From the human T2T-CHM13v2.0 reference genome, Homo sapiens, in the NCBI RefSeq assembly GCF_009914755.1, contig NC_060933.1: 64,000 nt of DNA. One strand, given 5' to 3'. Below the pieces are notes generated by a model, which was not told the origin of the DNA, did not search any database, and saw only the letters and a list, made by a program, of their open reading frames with translations. The position numbers and the translations under genes are program-made. Below are positions 41,401 through 54,375 of this stretch, one piece after another; position 1 is the stretch's first letter, and each line of letters begins with the position of its first letter.

Positions 41401-42845
41401 AATCGAGTTGATTCCATTCCATTCCATTCCATTCCATTCCTTTCCATTGCATTACTGATGATTCCATTCCATTGCATTCCATTCCATTCCATTCCCCTGT
41501 ACTCGGGTTGATTCCATTCCATTCCATTCCATTCCATTCCATTCCGGATGATTCCATTCCATTACATTCCATTCCATTCCGTTCCCCTGCACTCGGGTTG
41601 ATTCCATTCCATTCCACTCCATTCCGTTCCATTCCATTCCATTCCATTGTATTCGGGTTAATTCCATTCCATTCCATTCCATTCCATTCCATTACAATCG
41701 AGTTGATTCCATTCCATTCCATTCCATTCCATTCCATTCCATTCCAGTCCTTTCCATTCCATTCCACTCGGGTTGATTCCATTCTATTAGTTTCCATTCC
41801 ATTCCATTCCCTTCCATTCCACTCTGGTTGATTCCATTCCTTTCCATTCCACTCGAATACATTCCCTCCTATTCCACTCGGAACGATTCCATTCCATTCC
41901 ATTCCATTCCATTCCATTCCATTCCATTCCATTTCGTTCCATTCCATTCTATTCCGTATCATTCCATTCCATTCCATTCCATTCCATTCCATTCCATTCC
42001 ATTCGTGTTGATTCCATTCCATTCCATTCCATTCGTGTTGATTCCATTCCTTTCCATTCCATTCGGTTTGAAGGCATTCCATTCCATTCCATTCCATTCC
42101 ATTCCATTCCATTCCATTGTACTCGGGTTGATTCCATTCCATTGCATTCCATTCCATTCCATTCCATTCCATTTCATTCCGTTGCATTCCATTCCATTCC
42201 GGATGATTCCATTCCATTGCATTCCGTTCCATTACATTCCCCTGCACTCTGGTTGATTCAATTCCATTCCATTCCATTCCATTCCATTCCATTCCATTCC
42301 ATTCCATTCCAATTCTTTGCATTCCTTTCTATTCCGTACCATTCCATTCCATTCCATACAATTCCATTCCATTCCATTCCACTCCGTTCCGTTCCGTTCC
42401 GTTCCGTTCCATTCCATTCCATTCTATTCGGTTTAATTCCATTCCATTCCATTCTATTCCATTCCATTGCAATCGAGTTGAATCCATTGCATTCCATTCC
42501 ATTCCATTCCATTCCATTCCATTCCATTCAATTCCGGAAGATTCCATTCCATTGCATTCCATTCCATTCCATTCCATTCCATTCCATTCCATTCCATTGT
42601 ACTCGGGTTGATTCCATTCCATTCCATTCCATTCCATTCCATTCCATTCCATTCCATTCCGATCCATTCCATTCCATTACATTCCGATTGATTCTTTTCA
42701 TCTCCCTTACTCTCCATTACATTCCATTCCATTCGGGTTGTTCCTTTCAATTCCATTCCATTCCATTCCACTCCATTCCATTGCACTCGTGTTGATTGCA
42801 TTCCATTCCATTCCGGATGATTCCATTCCATTGCATTTCGTTCCA
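35355..42845 (+). repeat. ~7.5 kb higher-order unit, copy A (X1+Y1)
   Basis: Private markers repeat ~7.49-7.50 kb downstream: CGACTGCAATCG 35597/43098, TCCCTGAACT 35711/43197, CATACAATT 38890/46381. ORF-track twins: 37250/44751 (297 aa) and 36208/43709 (383 aa). Confidence 0.92.
40991..41138 (+). repeat. Tandem duplication, 2 x 74 bp, private to copy A
   Basis: CGG(A/T)TTGATTCTATTCAACTCCC at 40991 and 41065; CGGGTTGTTCC at 41041 and 41115. Single copy at the homologous sites 48487 and 52492. Confidence 0.9.
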
Positions 42846-45800
42846 TTACATTCCCCTGCACTCGGGTTGATTCCATTCCATTCCATTCCATTCCATTCCA
42901 TTCCATTCCATTCCATTCCCCTGCACTCGCGTTGATTCCATTCCATTCCATTCCATTCCATTCCATTCCATTCCATTCCATTCCATTCCATTCTATTCCA
43001 TTCCTTTCCGTTCCATTCCATTCCATTCCATTCCATTCCATTCCGTTCCATTCCATTCCATTCCATTCTATTCGGGTTAATTCCATTCCATTCCATTCGA
43101 CTGCAATCGAGTTGATTCCATTCCATTCCATTCCATTCCATTCCATTCCATTCCATTACGGATGATTCCATTCCATTGCATTCCGTTCCATTCCATTCCC
43201 TGAACTCGGGTTGATTCCATTCCTTTCCATTGCAATCCATGCCATTCCACTCGTGTTGATTCCATTCTTTCCTTTCCATTCAAGTTGAATCCATTCCATT
43301 GCATTCCATTCCATTCGATTCCATTCGATTGCACTCGGGTTGATTCCATTCCATTGCATTCCATTCCATTCCATTCCATTCCATTCCATTCCATTCCATT
43401 CCGTTCCATTCCATTTCATTACATTCAGATTGATTCTATTCAATTCCCTTACACTCCATTATATTCCAATCCATTCTGGTTGTTTCCATTCCATTCCATT
43501 CCATTTCACTCCATTCAATTGCACTCGGGTTGATTCCATTCCATTCCATTCCATTCCATTTCATTCCGGGTGATTCCATTCCATTGCATTCCATTCCATT
43601 CCATTCCCCTGCACTCGGGTTGATTCCATTCCATTCCATTACATTACATTCCGTTCCATTACATTACATTCCATTCGGATTGATTCTATTCAATTCCCTT
43701 ACACTTCATTACATTCCATTCCATTTGGGTAGTTTCCATTCCATTCCATTCCATTCCTCTCTATTCCATTGCACTCGGGTTGATTCCATTCCATTCCATT
43801 CCTTTCCATTCCATTCCATTCCATTGTACTCGGGTTGATTCCATTCCATTGCATTCCATTCCATTCCATTCCATTCCGTTCCATTCCATTCCATTACATT
43901 CGGATTGATTCTATTCAACTCCCTTACTCTCCATTGCATTCGATTCCATTCGGGTTGTTCCATTCCATTCCATTCCATTCCACTCCATTCCATTGCACTC
44001 GGGTTTATTCCATTCCATTCCATTCCATTCCGGAAGATTCCATTCCATTGCATTCCATTACATTCCATTCCCCTGCACTCGCGTTGATTCCATTCCATTC
44101 CATTCCATTCCAATCCATTCCATTCCATTCCATTCCATTCCATTCCATTCCTTTCCGTTCCATTCCATTCCATTCCATTCCATTCCATTCCATTCCGTTC
44201 CGTTCCGTTCCATTCCATTCCATTCAATTCTATTCGGGTTAATTCCATTCCATTCCATTTGATTGCAATCGAGTTGATTCCATTCCATTCCATTCCATTC
44301 CATTCCATTCCATTCCATTCCATTCCTTTCCATTCCATTACGGATGATTCCATTCCATTGCATTCCATTCCATTCCCCTGTACTCGGGTTGATTCCATTC
44401 CATTCCATTCCAATCCATGCCATTCCACTCGTGTTGATTCCATTCTTTCCATTCCATTGAAGTTGAATCCATTCCATTGCATTCCATTCCATTCGATTCC
44501 ATTCGATTGCACTCGGGTTGATTCCATTCCATTGCATTCCATTCCATTCCATTTCATTCCATTCCATTCCTTTCCATTCCTTTCCATTCCATTCCATTCC
44601 ATTCCATTCCATTCCATTCCATTCCATTGCAATCGAGTTGATTCCATTCCATTCCTTTCCATTCCATTCCATTGCATTGCATTCCACTCGGGTTGATTCC
44701 ATTCCCTTCTTTCCACTCCATTACATTCCCTTCCATTCCACTCGGAATGATTGATTCCATTCCATTCCATTCCATTCCATTTCATTCCATTGCAATCCAT
44801 TCCAATCCATTCCATTCCATTCCATTCCACTCGAGTTGATTTCATTCCATTCCTTTCCATTCCATTCCATTCCTTTCCACTCGAGTTGATTCAATTCCAT
44901 TCCATTCCATTGCATTCCATTCCATGCCATTCCACTCGGGTTGATTCCATTCCATTCCATTCCATTCCATTCCATTGCATTCCATTCCAATCCATTCCAT
45001 TGCATTGCATTCCATTCCATTCCCCTGCACTCGGGTTGATTCCATTCCATTCCATTCCATTTAATTCCATTCCATTCCTTTCCATTCCATTCCATTCCAA
45101 TCCGTTCCATTCCATTCCATTCCATTCCATTGCAATCGACTTGATTCCATTCCATTCCATTCCATTCCATTCCATTCCATTCAATTCCATTCCATTCCAT
45201 TTTGTTCCAATCCATTCTATTCCGAACCATTCCATTCCATTCCATTCCATTCCATTCCATTCCATTCTATTCCATGCCATTCCACTCGGGTTGATTCCAT
45301 TCCTTTCCATTCCATTCGTTTTGAATCCATTCCACTCCATTCCATTCCATTGGAATCCATTCCATTGCACTCGGGTTGATTCCATTCCATTCCATTCCAT
45401 TCGATTCCATTCCATTCCATTCCATTCCGTTCCATTCCATTTCATTACATTCAGATTGATTCTATTCAATTCCCTTACACTCCATTATATTCCACTCCAT
45501 TCTGGTTGTTTCCATTCCATTCCATTCCATTTCACTCCATTCCTTTGCACTCGGTTTGATTCCATTCCATTCCATTCCATTCCATTCCGGATGATTCCAT
45601 TCCATTGCATTCCATTCCATTCCATTCCCCTGCACTCAGGTTGATTCCATTCCATTCCATTCCACTCCATTCGGTTCCGTTCCATTCCATTCTATTGCAT
45701 TCCATTCTATTCGGGTTAATTCCATTTCATTCTAATTCATTCCATTCCATTCCATTCCATTGCAATCGAGTTGATTTCATTCCATTCCATTCCATTCCGG

Positions 45801-48800
45801 ATGATTCCATTCCATTGCATTCCATTCCATTCCATTCCCCTGCACTCGTGTTGATTCCATTCCCTTCCATTCCATTCCATTCCGTTCCATTTAATTGCAT
45901 TCCATTCTATTCCGGCTAATTCCATTCCATTCCATTCCATTCCATTCCATTCCATTCCATTCCATTCCATTGCAATCGAGTTGATTCCATTCCATTCCTT
46001 TCCATTCCATTAAATTGCCTTGCATTCCACTCGGGTTGATTCCATTCCCTTCTTTCCACTCCATTACATTCCCTTCCATTCCACTCGGAATGATTGGTTC
46101 CATTCCATTCCATTCCATTTCATTCCATTGCAATCCATTCCAATCCATTCCATTCCATTCCATTCCACTCGAGTTGATTTCATTCAATTCCTTTCCATTC
46201 CATTCCATTCCTTTCCACTCGAGTTGATTCCATTCCATTCCATTCCATTGCATTCCATTCCATGCCATTCCACTCGGGTTGATTCCATTCCTTTGCATTC
46301 CATTCCATTCCATTCCATTCCATTCCTTTCCATTCCAATTCTTTGCATTCCTTTCTATTCCGTACCATTCCATTCCATTCCATACAATTCCATTCCATTC
46401 CATTCCACTCCGTTCCGTTCCGTTCCGTTCCGTTCCATTCCATTCCATTCCATTCTATTCGGTTTAATTCCATTCCATTCCATTCTATTCCATTCCATTG
46501 CAATCGAGTTGAATCCATTGCATTCCATTCCATTCCATTCCATTCCATTCCATTCCATTCCATTCCATTCAATTCCGGAAGATTCCATTCCATTGCATTC
46601 CATTCCATTCCTTTCCATTCCATTCCATTCCATTGTACTCGGGTTGATTCCATTCGATTCCATTCCATTCCATTCCATTCCATTCCATTCCATTCCGATC
46701 CATTCCATTCCATTACATTCGGATTGATTCTTTTCAACTCCCTTACTCTCCATTACATTCCATTCCATTCGTGTTGTTCCTTTCAATTCCATTCCATTCC
46801 ATTCCACTCCATTCCATTGCACTCGGGTTGATTCCATTCCATTCCATTCCATTCCATTCCGGATGATTCCATTCCATTGCATTCCGTTCCATTACATTCC
46901 CCTGCACTCGGGTTGATTCCATTCCATTCCATTCCATTCCATTCGATTCTATTCCTTTCCCCTGCACTCGCGTTGATTCCATTCCATTCCATTCCATTCC
47001 TTTCCATTCCATTCCATTCCTTTCCATTCCAGTCCTTTCCATTCCATTCCACTCTGGTTGATTCCATTCTATTTGTTTCCATTCCATTCCATTCCCTTAC
47101 ATTCCACTCTGGTTGATTCCATTCCTTTCCATTCCACTCGAATACATTCCCTCCTATTCCACTCGGAACGATTCCATTCCATTCCATTCCATTCCATTCC
47201 ATTCCATTCCATTCCATTTCATTCCATTTTGTTCCATTCCATTCTATTCCGTATCATTCCATTCCATTCCATTCCATTCCATTCCATTCCATTCCATTCC
47301 ATTCCACTCGTGTTGATTCCATTCCTTTCCATTCCATTCGGTTTGAAGGTATTCCATTCCATTCCATTCCATTCCATTCCATTCCATTCCATTGTACTCG
47401 GGTTGATTCCATTCCATTGCATTCCATTCCATTACATTCCATTCCATTCCGTTGCATTCCATTCCATTACATTCGGATTGATTCTATTCAACTCCCTTAC
47501 TCTCCATTACATTCCATTCCATTCGGGTTGTTCCATTCCATTCCATTCCATTCCACTCCATTCAATTGCACTCGGGTTGATTCCATTCCATTCCATTCCA
47601 TTCCATTCCATTCCATTCCGGATGATTCCATTCCATTGCATTCCGTTCAATTACATTCCCCTGCACTCGCGTTGATTCCATTCCATTCCATTCCATTCAA
47701 TTCCATTCCATTACAATTCGTTCCATTCCATTCTATTCCGTACCATTCCATTCCATTCCATACCATTCCATTGCATTCCATTCCATTCCATTCCGTTCCA
47801 TTCCGTTCCATTCCATTCCATTCCATTCTATTCGGGTTAATTCCATTCCATTCCATTCCATTCCATTCCATTCCATTCCATTCTATTCCATTCCATTGCA
47901 ATCGAGTTGAATCCATTGCATTTCATTCCATTCTATTCCATTCCATTCCATTCCGGAAGATTCCATTCCATTGCATTCCATTCCATTCCATTCCCCTGCA
48001 CTCGCGTTGATTCCATTCCATTCCATTCCATTCCATTCCATTCCGTTCCGTTCCGTTCCATTCCATTCCATTCCATTCCGTTCCATTCCGTTCCATTCCA
48101 TTCCATGCCATTCTATTCGGGTTAATTCCATTCCATTCCATTCGATTGCAATCGAGTTGATTCCATTCCATTCCATTCCATTCCATTCCATTCCATTCCA
48201 TTCCATTCCTTTCCATTCCATTACGGATGATTCCATTCCATTGCATTCCATTCCATTCCATTCCCCTGTACTCGGGTTGATTCCATTCCATTCCATTCGA
48301 ATCCATGCCATTCCACTCGTGTTGATTCCATTCTTTCCATTCCATTCAAGTTGAATCCATTCCATTGCATTCCATTCCATTCGATTCCATTCGATTGCAC
48401 TCGGGTTGATTCCATTCCATTGCATTCCGTTCCATTCCATTGCATTCCATTCCATTCCATTCCCTTCCATTCCATTCCATTACATTCGGATTGATTCTAT
48501 TCAACTCCCTTACTCTCCATTACATTCCATTCCATTCGGGTTGTTCCATTCCATTCCATTCCATTCCACTCCTTTCCATTGCACTCGGGTTTATTCCATT
48601 CCATTCCATTCCATTCCATTCCATTCCATTCCATTCCATTCCGGAATATTCCATTCCATTGCATTCCATTCCATTCCATTCCCCTGCACTCGCGTTGATT
48701 CCATTCCATTCCATTCCATTCCGTTCCATTCCTTTCCATTCCATTACGTTCCGTTCCGTTCCATTCCATTCCATTCCATTCTATTCGGGTTACTTCCATT

Positions 48801-50282
48801 CCATTCCATTCGATTGCAATCGAGTTGATTCCATTCCATTCCATTCCATTCCATTCCTTTCCATTGCATTACTGATGATTCCATTCCATTGCATTCCATT
48901 CCATTCCATTCCCCTGTACTCGGGTTGATTCCATTCCATTCCATTCCATTCCATTCCATTCCGGATGATTCCATTCCATTCCATTCCATTCCATTCCGTT
49001 CCCCTGCACTCTGGTTGATTCCATTCCATTCCACTCCATTCCGTTCCATTCCATTCCATTCCATTGTATTCGGGTTAATTCCATTCCATTCCATTCCATT
49101 CCATTCCATTCCATTACAATCGAGTTGATTCCATTCCATTCCATTCCATTCCATTCCATTCCAGTCCTTTCCATTCCATTCCACTCGGGTTGATTCCATT
49201 CTATTAGTTTCCATTCCATTCCATTCCCTTCCATTCCACTCTGGTTGATTCCATTCCTTTCCATTCCACTCGAATACATTCCCTCCTATTCCACTCGGAA
49301 CGATTCCATTCCATTCCATTCCATTCCATTCCATTCCATTCCATTCCATTCCATTTCGTTCCATTCCATTCTATTCCATATCATTCCATTCCATTCCATT
49401 CCATTCCATTCCATTCCATTCGTGTTGATTCCATTCCATTCCATTCCATTCGTGTTGATTCCATTCCTTTCCATTCCATTCGGTTTGAAGGCATTCCATT
49501 CCATTCCATTCCATTCCATTCCATTCCATTCCATTCCATTCCATTCCATTGTACTCGGGTTGATTCCATTCCATTGCATTCCATTACATTCCATTCCATT
49601 CCATTTCATTCCGTTGCATTCCATTCCATTCTGGATGATTCCATTCCATTGCATTCCGTTCCATTACATTCCCCTGCACTCTGGTTGATTCCATTCCATT
49701 CCATTCCATTCCATTCCATTCCATTCCATTCCATTCCATTCCAATTCTTTGCATTCCTTTCTATTCCGTACCATTCCATTCCATTCCATACAATTCCATT
49801 CCATTCCATTCCACTCCGTTCCGTTCCGTTCCGTTCCGTTCCATTCCATTCCATTCTATTCGGTTTAATTCCATTCCATTCCATTCTATTCCATTCCATT
49901 GCAATCGAGTTGAATCCATTGCATTCCATTCCATTCCATTCCATTCCATTCCATTCAATTCCGGAAGATTCCATTCCATTGCATTCCATTCCATTCCATT
50001 CCATTCCATTCCATTCCATTCCATTGTACTCGGGTTGATTCCATTCCATTCCATTCCATTACATTCCATTCCATTCCATTCCATTCCGATCCATTCCATT
50101 CCATTACATTCCGATTGATTCTTTTCATCTCCCTTACTCTCCATTACATTCCGTTCCATTCGGGTTGTTCCTTTCAATTCCATTCCATTCCATTCCACTC
50201 CATTCCATTGCACTCGTGTTGATTGCATTCCATTCCATTCCATTCCATTCCGGATGATTCCATTCCATTGCATTTCGTTCCA
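42846..50282 (+). repeat. ~7.4 kb higher-order unit, copy B (X2+Y2)
   Basis: Collinear and nearly identical to 35355-42845, apart from the 74-bp duplication, pentamer copy-number changes and scattered SNVs. Confidence 0.92.
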
Positions 50283-50385
50283 TTACATTCCCCTGCACTC
50301 GGGTTGATTCCATTCCATTCCATTCCATTCCATTCGATTCTATTCCATTCCCCTGCACTCGCGTTGATTCCATTCCATTCCATTC

Positions 50386-53300
50386 CATACAATTCCATTC
50401 CATTCCATTCCACTCCGTTCCGTTCCGTTCCGTTCCGTTCCATTCCATTCCATTCCATTCTATTCGGTTTAATTCCATTCCATTCCATTCTATTCCATTC
50501 CATTGCAATCGAGTTGAATCCATTGCCTTCCATTCCATTCCATTCCATTCCATTCCATTCCATTCCATTCAATTCCGGAAGATTCCATTCCATTGCATTC
50601 CATTCCATTCCATTCCATTCCATTCCATTCCATTCCATTGTACTCGGGTTGATTCCATTCGATTCCATTCCATTCCATTCCATTCCATTCCATTCCATTC
50701 CGATCCATTCCATTCCATTACATTCGGATTGATTCTTTTCAACTCCCTTACTCTCCATTACATTCCATTCCATTCGTGTTGTTCCTTTCAATTCCATTCC
50801 ATTCCATTCCACTCCATTCCATTGCACTCGGGTTGATTCCATTCCATTCCATTCCATTCCATTCCGGATGATTCCATTCCATTGCATTCCGTTCCATTAC
50901 ATTCCCCTGCACTCGGGTTGATTCCATTCCATTCCATTCCATTCCATTCGATTCTATTCCGTTCCCCTGCACTCGCGTTGATTCCATTCCATTCCATTCC
51001 ATTCCATTCCATTCCATTCCATTCCATTCCTTTCCATTCCAGTCCTTTCCATTCCATTCCACTCTGGTTGATTCCATTCTATTTGTTTCCATTCCATTCC
51101 ATTCCCTTACATTCCACTCTGGTTGATTCCATTCCTTTCCATTCCACTCGAATACATTCCCTCCTATTCCACTCGGAACGATTCCATTCCATTCCATTCC
51201 ATTCCATTCCATTCCATTCCATTCCATTCCATTTCATTCCATTTTGTTCCATTCCATTCTATTCCGTATCATTCCATTCCATTCCATTCCATTCCATTCC
51301 ATTCCATTCCATTCCACTCGTGTTGATTCCATTCCTTTCCATTCCATTCGGTTTGAAGGTATTCCATTCCATTCCATTCCATTCCATTCCATTCCATTCC
51401 ATTGTACTCGGGTTGATTCCATTCCATTGCATTCCATTCCATTACATTCCATTCCATTCCGTTGCATTCCATTCCATTACATTCGGATTGATTCTATTCA
51501 ACTCCCTTACTCTCCATTACATTCCATTCCATTCGGGTTGTTCCATTCCATTCCATTCCATTCCACTCCATTCAATTGCACTCGGGTTGATTCCATTCCT
51601 TTCCATTCCATTCCATTCCATTCCATTCCGGATGATTCCATTCCATTGCATTCCGTTCCATTACATTCCCCTGCACTCGCGTTGATTCCATTCCATTCCA
51701 TTCCATTCAATTCCATTCCATTACAATTCGTTCCATTCCATTCTATTCCGTACCATTCCATTCCATTCCATACCATTCCATTGCATTCCATTCCATTCCA
51801 TTCCGTTCCATTCCGTTCCATTCCATTCCATTCCATTCTATTCGGGTTAATTCCATTCCATTCCATTCCATTCCATTCCATTCCATTCTATTCCATTCCA
51901 TTGCAATCGAGTTGAATCCATTGCATTTCATTCCATTCTATTCCATTCCATTCCATTCCGGAAGATTCCATTCCATTGCATTCCATTCCATTCCATTCCC
52001 CTGCACTCGCGTTGATTCCATTCCATTCCATTCCATTCCATTCCATTCCGTTCCGTTCCGTTCCATTCCATTCCATTCCATTCCGTTCCGTTCCGTTCCA
52101 TTCCATTCCATGCCATTCTATTCGGGTTAATTCCATTCCATTCCATTCGATTGCAATCGAGTTGATTCCATTCCATTCCATTCCATTCCATTCCATTCCA
52201 TTCCATTCCATTCCTTTCCATTCCATTACGGATGATTCCATTCCATTGCATTCCATTCCATTCCATTCCCCTGTACTCGGGTTGATTCCATTCCATTCCA
52301 TTCGAATCCATGCCATTCCACTCGTGTTGATTCCATTCTTTCCATTCCATTCAAGTTGAATCCATTCCATTGCATTCCATTCCATTCGATTCCATTCGAT
52401 TGCACTCGGGTTGATTCCATTCCATTGCATTCCGTTCCATTCCATTGCATTCCATTCCATTCCATTCCCTTCCATTCCATTCCATTACATTCGGATTGAT
52501 TCTATTCAACTCCCTTACTCTCCATTACATTCCATTCCATTCGGGTTGTTCCATTCCATTCCATTCCATTCCACTCCTTTCCATTGCACTCGGGTTTATT
52601 CCATTCCATTCCATTCCATTCCATTCCATTCCATTCCATTCCATTCCGGAATATTCCATTCCATTGCATTCCATTCCATTCCATTCCCCTGCACTCGCGT
52701 TGATTCCATTCCATTCCATTCCATTCCGTTCCATTCCTTTCCATTCCATTACGTTCCGTTCCGTTCCATTCCATTCCATTCCATTCTATTCGGGTTACTT
52801 CCATTCCATTCCATTCGATTGCAATCGAGTTGATTCCATTCCATTCCATTCCATTCCATTCCTTTCCATTGCATTACTGATGATTCCATTCCATTGCATT
52901 CCATTCCATTCCATTCCCCTGTACTCGGGTTGATTCCATTCCATTCCATTCCATTCCATTCCATTCCGGATGATTCCATTCCATTACATTCCATTCCATT
53001 CCGTTCCCCTGCACTCGGGTTGATTCCATTCCATTCCACTCCATTCCGTTCCATTCCATTCCATTCCATTGTATTCGGGTTAATTCCATTCCATTCCATT
53101 CCATTCCATTCCATTCCATTCCATTACAATCGAGTTGATTCCATTCCATTCCATTCCATTCCAGTCCTTTCCATTCCATTCCACTCGGGTTGATTCCATT
53201 CTATTAGTTTCCATTCCATTCCATTCCCTTCCATTCCACTCTGGTTGATTCCATTCCTTTCCATTCCACTCGAATACATTCCCTCCTATTCCACTCGGAA

Positions 53301-54375
53301 CGATTCCATTCCATTCCATTCCATTCCATTCCATTCCATTCCATTCCATTTCGTTCCATTCCATTCTATTCCGTATCATTCCATTCCATTCCATTCCATT
53401 CCATTCCATTCCATTCCATTCGTGTTGATTCCATTCCATTCCATTCCATTCGTGTTGATTCCATTCCTTTCCATTCCATTCGGTTTGAAGGCATTCCATT
53501 CCATTCCATTCCATTCCATTCCATTCCATTCCATTGTACTCGGGTTGATTCCATTCCATTGCATTCCATTACATTCCATTCCATTCCATTTCATTCCGTT
53601 GCATTCCATTCCATTCCGGATGATTCCATTCCATTGCATTCCGTTCCATTACATTCCCCTGCACTCTGGTTGATTCAATTCCATTCCATTCCATTCCATT
53701 CCATTCCATTCCATTCCATTCCATTCCAATTCTTTGCATTCCTTTCTATTCCGTACCATTCCATTCCATTCCATACAATTCCATTCCATTCCATTCCACT
53801 CCGTTCCGTTCCGTTCCGTTCCGTTCCATTCCATTCCATTCTATTCGGTTTAATTCCATTCCATTCCATTCTATTCCATTCCATTGCAATCGAGTTGAAT
53901 CCATTGCATTCCATTCCATTCCATTCCATTCCATTCCATTCAATTCCGGAAGATTCCATTCCATTGCATTCCATTCCATTCCATTCCATTCCATTCCATT
54001 CCATTCCATTGTACTCGGGTTGATTCCATTCCATTCCATTCCATTACATTCCATTCCATTCCATTCCATTCCGATCCATTCCATTCCATTACATTCCGAT
54101 TGATTCTTTTCATCTCCCTTACTCTCCATTACATTCCATTCCATTCGGGTTGTTCCTTTCAATTCCATTCCATTCCATTCCACTCCATTCCATTGCACTC
54201 GTGTTGATTGCATTCCATTCCATTCCATTCCATTCCGGATGATTCCATTCCATTGCATTTCGTTCCATTACATTCCCCTGCACTCGGGTTGATTCCATTC
54301 CATTCCATTCCATTCCATTCCATTCGATTCCATTACATTCCCCTGCACTCGCGTTGATTCCATTCCATTCCATTC
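50386..54375 (+). repeat. Extra ~4.0 kb tandem copy (Y3) of 46381-50385
   Basis: CATACAATT 46381/50386; CGAATACATT 47139/51149 and 49271/53271; ORF-track twins 47883/51888 and 48406/52411 (offset 4005). Confidence 0.92.
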
